A stretch of DNA of 64,000 nucleotides from Andalucia godoyi And28 (taxonomy: Eukaryota > Protista > Jakobida). This document shows, in pieces, positions 59,167 to 64,000 of the stretch. A model generated the notes under the pieces. It was given only the letters and a program-made list of their open reading frames with translations, did not search any database and was not told the origin of the DNA. The stretch is taken from positions 71,494 to 135,493 of the forward strand of contig VRVR01000008.1 in the NCBI GenBank assembly GCA_009859145.1, given 5' to 3'. The position numbers and the translations under genes are program-made. Positions within the stretch are counted from its first letter, which is position 1. Every line of letters starts with the position of its first letter.

Positions 59167-61938
59167 CTAACAGGATTTCGAAGTCCGAAACATTTTCTCG
59201 CGCCGCGCACGAATTTCCCCCACCTCGACGAGGCTTGTCATTGTATCTTCATCCAACAGCAGTTGGAAGGAGGGCTTCGGAAGCCGATATCCTTCTTGTC
59301 TAAATTCATCCGGGAACACGAGCGTCATGTCAAACAGTGCCTCTTTTTCAAGAAGCTCCGCGATACGTCGGTACGCCCTCCTGCTCGTGTCCGGCACGGA
59401 TTCAAGCATTTTGCTGCGATTGGCATAATACCACTCTCGTCGTAGCTCGGCGTTGCCCCACACTGCCTCTGGAGCCTGTGTGCGCCACAGTGCTGATAGG
59501 ATTCAGAGAATATCACATCGCGGTTAGTATAACGTTCTCCACAAGTAGTAACAGAGGAAGATGGAGAGGAAGATGAAGAAGGAGAAAACGCGAGCAGAAC
59601 GAAAGAAGCCCTTCTCATCTGGTACGTTTGCGAAATCTCCAGAGATAAAAGTGATGGGTGTGTGTGTGAGAGAGAAAAGAAAAATCAAGAAAATGATTCG
59701 AAACATACGATTCCGTTTGGTGCAATCATCCAAAGCGATCAATTTTCGAACTTCCTCCAGCATGTCCCTGTTTTTCTTCTCCGCAGCAATCATCTGTTCT
59801 GCGTGGTACATCTTCAAAATCACAGTTCTATAGGCGCGGATTCGGATGCGCAGGTGTTGCTGCAACAAGTGGTCACGAATATGGTCCGGAACTTTAGAGA
59901 GCTCAAGTTCCTCGTAGTCGGGCGATGACAAGAAAGACGGTCCCGAGGATGACTGCACCTTCTTCTTGGGGACTCTCGACTCAACAGGCTGTGGATCTGG
60001 TAAGGACGTCAGGAATATTGGATCCTGGCTGGAGTTCGAATAATTACCATTGTCCATACTGAGCCGCGGCCGAGTCCGTCGAGAAAATGGGATGTCCGCA
60101 GCGGATTGCTGGGCTTGCTGCACAAGCAGAGCGCTGAACGTGGGCTCTCCAGGGTGCTTTTTGATGAGATCAATATACAAAACGCACTTCTTACCCTGTG
60201 TGACGCGTTTCAAGAGCACACGCAGTCGCTTCTCCTCCACTTGCTCCCACTGAATACGCAATATGCCCACACGGATCTGTTCTCTCGACAGCTGCTCTCT
60301 CCACCAACGCTGGATCATGACAGCCCTGAAACGGTAGCGCTTCATGTACAGCAAAATGCCGTGGGTATCACGAATGATGCGCAGACAACAGACGATGTGT
60401 CTGACCGCCCTAGAGCGAATCGAATCTTTCCACACCCGGACATACGGAAGGGCATGTAAACGTAATCGCACGATGGCCCACATCTTCAACTCCTTCCTTT
60501 TCTCCTCCTTCTTCTTCATCCACCAGTCAATCATCCTTCTGGCACAACGCACTGCAGCATTCTCCATCTTCCTGCCAACTCTGCCAAGCACAAGCTTATC
60601 AACCAGAAGACTTGCGCGGGAGCAAACCATTACCAGCGACAAAAATTCCATCTGCTGCGTGACTCTTCGGACTCTCTCGACCATAATGCGCTCTGCGTGT
60701 TCTTTCTCAAGCCGTTTCTTCAACAAGAAAGCATTGTCATGTTTGCGTCTGATTCTGGAGGCCCACTCTTGCCGCTGCCAATACAAAATCTCCTGATTAT
60801 GAGCAACGCGATCCAATTGTTCGTGAAACCGCTCTACAAACTTGCGGCGATCAAGATCGACAACATCTCTATTGACGTTCGTGTATTTGGCTCGATTGCA
60901 TTCCACAAAGTCCCTGCCTGCGCTGACTTGGACATACATGCGCTTGTCTTTCTTGAATTTGGTCACCGATTCTCCTAAAGCATGGCGAGACATCTCGTTC
61001 ACTCGCAGTTCTTCAAGACGGTAATCAACGTGGCGCTGTGACTGCTTCACAGACGAGACGTTACGATGCCCACGCGTCATTGGTTCGTCCTCGTGCTCTA
61101 TGTCTTCAACTTTGGGTTTTGGAACAGTCTGCGTGCGTTTGATGACCGCAGAAGTCGTCCCAAGAGACGTTTGCGGCCTCTTGAAAGCCTTGTTTTCGGA
61201 TATGAATTCCATAATTGCAACGCTTTGATTGAGCTTATCTTCAACATCATCAAACTGCGCAGTAGGACTGACGCTCGACGATGACGCATCATGCAAGTCT
61301 GCAACCCTCATTCTTCGATTCTGTTGGGTATTGTTTTCCAGAGGAGCAAAAACAAGAGGAGACGCAATGATCTTATCGAGTGCTTTTCTGCGTGCCATGG
61401 AAGACGACGTCAATCTCCTCACAGTTTCCGTAGTGGAGGGTCGTTTGGTCGGTGTTTGTTTTTCCAGCCAACCAGCGAGTGCGGTGTCTCGAATTTCCTC
61501 GTCGGTGACGCTGCCATTGACAATTTGCTTCATCCGCATGTCGGCAACAGCAGAGAGCTGCGAAGTCAACACACTGACACTGCTGCGTGAGACTGGACGA
61601 GACTGAGCTGGAGAAACTGTTCCGGACGCAGAACGGATATTAGATTCCACAGCCGCAGAAGAGGAAGAAAACATCTGCAAAGGACGAACGTCTCGCTGCA
61701 ATGCATCGGCAACGATAGTATCACCAGTTCTTGCAGAGTCTAAAATGAAATCTAATGCGTCTGCACAGTGCAGCGACGCCATAGCTGGTGACTTGAATTG
61801 CGGAACGGGAGAAAGCCTGCCGTTGAGCATGTGCTTATCTCGATACGACTTTGCAATCGGCTCTGGTGAAACCATGGAGACACCCGCAAGTCTCGCAGCG
61901 GGAGTCGGAGACTTGGAAGGAGGAGGAGGAAATAACAT
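59167..61938 (-). CDS. Hypothetical coiled-coil protein with IQ-like motif; exons 61938-59709 and 59492-59167
   Basis: Long ORF with AVMIQRWWREQL. GTATGT donor at 59708, TACTAAC branch at 59529-59523 and CAG acceptor at 59493, in phase with the downstream ORF. No family recognised. Confidence 0.75.
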
Positions 61939-62237
61939 GTAAGACGAATGCCTGTTTGAATTTCAATAGGCGTATATTCAGAGTAACAGGACAAGATGGA
62001 GAGTCTCTTCGGATTTTCCATTTTTTTTTCCGACGTTTGTTCCAAAAATGAAACGGATCCTCGGTCCTTCAAGGGGGAAGATGAGAAAACGAAACATCTC
62101 GGTGGAACGGATGCTGCCAAACCGACAGCTGATCTGCTCGGACTGGAGTGAACAGGTAGCGTTTTGACAGTGACTGATATCCCCCCGTCGACTTCCCATC
62201 TGGTACCACCGTTGAATAATAATAACACGTCATTGTC

Positions 62238-62715
62238 ATGCATACGGGAGTATGCATAAAACAGACACGATCAACACTGGCCGACACTAGCACGTTTGTT
62301 TCACAGGGAATCCGTGCTTACGCACGCTCGGCCTTTAAGGCAACATCCGTAGCCATGTATCATTCTATCATTCGTTGGTTTGGTTTTTTGGTTTCACTTT
62401 TTGCAACGTTTGTGTCATGCGGCGACCGAGTATCGCGAGCGCCATGTTGCCATCGTGACGGAGGAGTACACGTCCAAAACGTGCGGGCGCTGCGGTGAGA
62501 TCCATGCACGTCTTAGGCGGAAGCAAAAAAGCGTTTTGCATGTCCCGCGTGCAGCTCGCAGATTGATCGAGATTGGAACGGAACGCGGAACATCTATCTG
62601 AAGAGTGCCGTGAGGCGTGTTGGGGGCCTATCCGCTTCCCGGCAACGGGATGCAAGACTGAATATGCATGTCTATTCGTAGATATGCTTGTTCGATGTAC
62701 GGTATATTGTAGGCG
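62238..62715 (+). mobile_element. Fanzor2/TnpB-like relic D, the most complete copy (C-terminal nuclease half plus omegaRNA-like right end)
   Basis: With two frameshifts: FHFLQRLCHAATEYRERHVAIVTEEYTSKTCGRCGEIHARL-GGSKKAF-ACPACSSQIDRDWNGTRNIYLK. This gives a CxxC..CxxC zinc ribbon and a RuvC-III DRDxNG-RNI motif, followed by two tetraloop hairpins and TGTAGGCG. Confidence 0.88.
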
Positions 62716-62740
62716 TGAAGCAGCTGTAAAAAACTAAATT

Positions 62741-62858
62741 ACCCTCCAAGAATTTGGCTCGCATGCTGCGCCAGTTCGTCGGAGGTCGATGGCTGTCAAC
62801 TCTGCCGTACTACCCGACGAAAATCACGACCGTCCTCAGAACGTTTGGGTTGGAGAGT
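62741..62858. mobile_element. MITE-like element copy 3 (shorter, diverged)
   Basis: ACCCTCCAAGAATTTGGCTCGCATGCTGCGCC matches copy 1 (CTCCAAACATTTGGCTCGCATACTGCGCC); the right end ACGTTTGGGTTGGAGAGT is also shared. Confidence 0.65.
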
Positions 62859-62973
62859 AGTACCTCGAATAAATGACGTGCTGCTGTTCCTTCTTGATAA
62901 TGCGTGCTGCGAAAAACGGCGACGAGTTTGAGAAGCAGAAGCGATTTTGGGGAGAAAGAAAGGCGCGCGATTC

Positions 62974-63333
62974 ATGGATGCAAAGGACGAGCTAAATCAC
63001 ATTGTGGGAATTATTTCACAGGAAGAATCCATCATGGAGGATCTCCAATTCCAAAAGGCGCAGCTTGAAGACTTGAAGCAAAAGCTCGCAGATCAACAGT
63101 CTGCTTTTGCAGGACTTGGAAAATCCTCCAGCTTTGCAAGCTGTCGCCGAGCCTGGCTGTTTACAGGTTCAAATTTTCTCAAAGTCGACCGCGAGTCTGC
63201 GCTGCGCATGATGAAGGATGACGAAAAACGACTACTTGCCGAAATTGAGAGTGTGCAAGAAGTAATTCGCGAGCGGATCTTTGAGTTGGACGTCGTTCGT
63301 GGACGACAGCGAGAAGCAGTCGAGCACCAATAA
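62974..63333 (+). CDS. PDRG1: Prefoldin-like protein PDRG1
   Basis: Coiled coil - AWLFTGSNFLKV beta-hairpin - ALRMMKDDEKRLLAEIESV coiled coil; 119 aa, beta-prefoldin layout like PDRG1. Confidence 0.7.
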   Translation: MDAKDELNHIVGIISQEESIMEDLQFQKAQLEDLKQKLADQQSAFAGLGKSSSFASCRRAWLFTGSNFLKVDRESALRMMKDDEKRLLAEIESVQEVIRERIFELDVVRGRQREAVEHQ

Positions 63334-63334
63334 A

Positions 63335-64000
63335 TCAAGACGCCACAGCGGAGTTTGAACACGAGTGAGCGACAAGGTGAGGAGGCGAAACTGCATCATT
63401 ATGACTACTATTTTTTTGGATGACGCTTGGTTTACAAAGATCCCGTTTCAGCTGAAGATGTGTTTTTTTTGTTTTTTGTTTTTTTGCTTTCGTTTTCTCC
63501 TTAGTTCCAAAAAAACAAAACAAAAAACAAAACAAAAACACACTGTCAACGGAAAGAAGGATGCAGACATGCGGATGTCAGATATGGTACACAGCAACAA
63601 ACAACAAACTGCCCAGCAGTAGCAACAGTCCTTCGAAAGGGTGGAGCAAGAGGGAGGAAGCACAAAACTACTGGTAGGGAAATAGCGACTACCGGAAATA
63701 ATACGGAGCACATGAGGGGAAGGAGGGAGAGAGAGAGAGAGAGAGAGATAATAAGAAATGAAGAAAAAACCTAGAAGAACATCAATTCCGAAGGACACAA
63801 ACACAGACAAGGATAGGATAGGATACGCAAACATAATGATTCCAAGCTTCAAGCGAAACACATGAGACCCGCTAAACCTTCACAGAGGAAAACCTGTTCA
63901 TGGCATCCGCTTCGTACGGTGGTCGCTTCTCATTAATCGCGTCAAGCTGCTTCGCCTCTCGAAAGTTTGAAATTGCAAGGCGGACGGCAGACGGACCTTG
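63335..64000 (-). CDS. Possible 3' exons of a gene entering from beyond the window
   Basis: Minus-strand open frame QGPSAVRLAISNFREAKQLDAINEKRPPYEADAMNRFSSVK at the right edge, followed by pyrimidine-rich intron-like DNA. Exon structure and product unresolved. Confidence 0.35.

Noticed and set aside
62050-62257. DPRSF as a RuvC-I remnant, and the ATGCATAC-GGGA-GTATGCAT hairpin as the element left end
   Set aside because: The peptide match is too short, and the hairpin lies within what looks like decayed coding sequence, so the left end stays undefined.
1-64000. Hundreds of short overlapping or antisense ORFs in the track
   Set aside because: They are shadows of GC-rich real CDSs or translations of microsatellites; no motifs of their own.
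1-64000. CRISPR array, intact transposase, integrase, reverse transcriptase, rRNA or spliceosomal snRNA
   Set aside because: No repeat-spacer periodicity and none of the diagnostic motifs seen on either strand.

Overview
Compact eukaryotic nuclear DNA with the standard code, few spliceosomal introns (GTAYGT donors, CTAAY branch sites) and AT-rich spacers. It looks like a free-living protist; I cannot name the species. No database search was run, so family calls rest on motifs read from the translations and on recalled family consensus. Housekeeping genes: dephospho-CoA kinase (partial), YEATS4/Yaf9-like, NOG1, tRNA-Leu(CAG), GILT-like, RPS25, PGAP1, BLOC1S2, histidine ammonia-lyase, PEMT/OPI3, SPCS1, HAUS7, a 4127-aa WDFY3/ALFY-like BEACH-FYVE protein, XRN1, bacterial-type SerB and PDRG1. 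Four things stand out. (1) A tandem array of seven divergent Zn2Cys6 + PAS-fold transcription factors (17.5-35.8 kb), plus an eighth relative at 5.8-7.0 kb that keeps the PAS module but has no DNA-binding cluster. (2) Four decayed Fanzor2/TnpB-type relics, all on the + strand; three end in a two-hairpin, omegaRNA-like module with a shared 3' tail, conserved in structure even where sequence has diverged. (3) Three copies of a small element with terminal inverted repeats (MITE-like), two of them in the same relative position upstream of array genes. (4) Two box C/D snoRNA candidates in the NOG1 introns, one closely resembling U58/SNORD58. No CRISPR array and no intact transposase or nuclease ORF.
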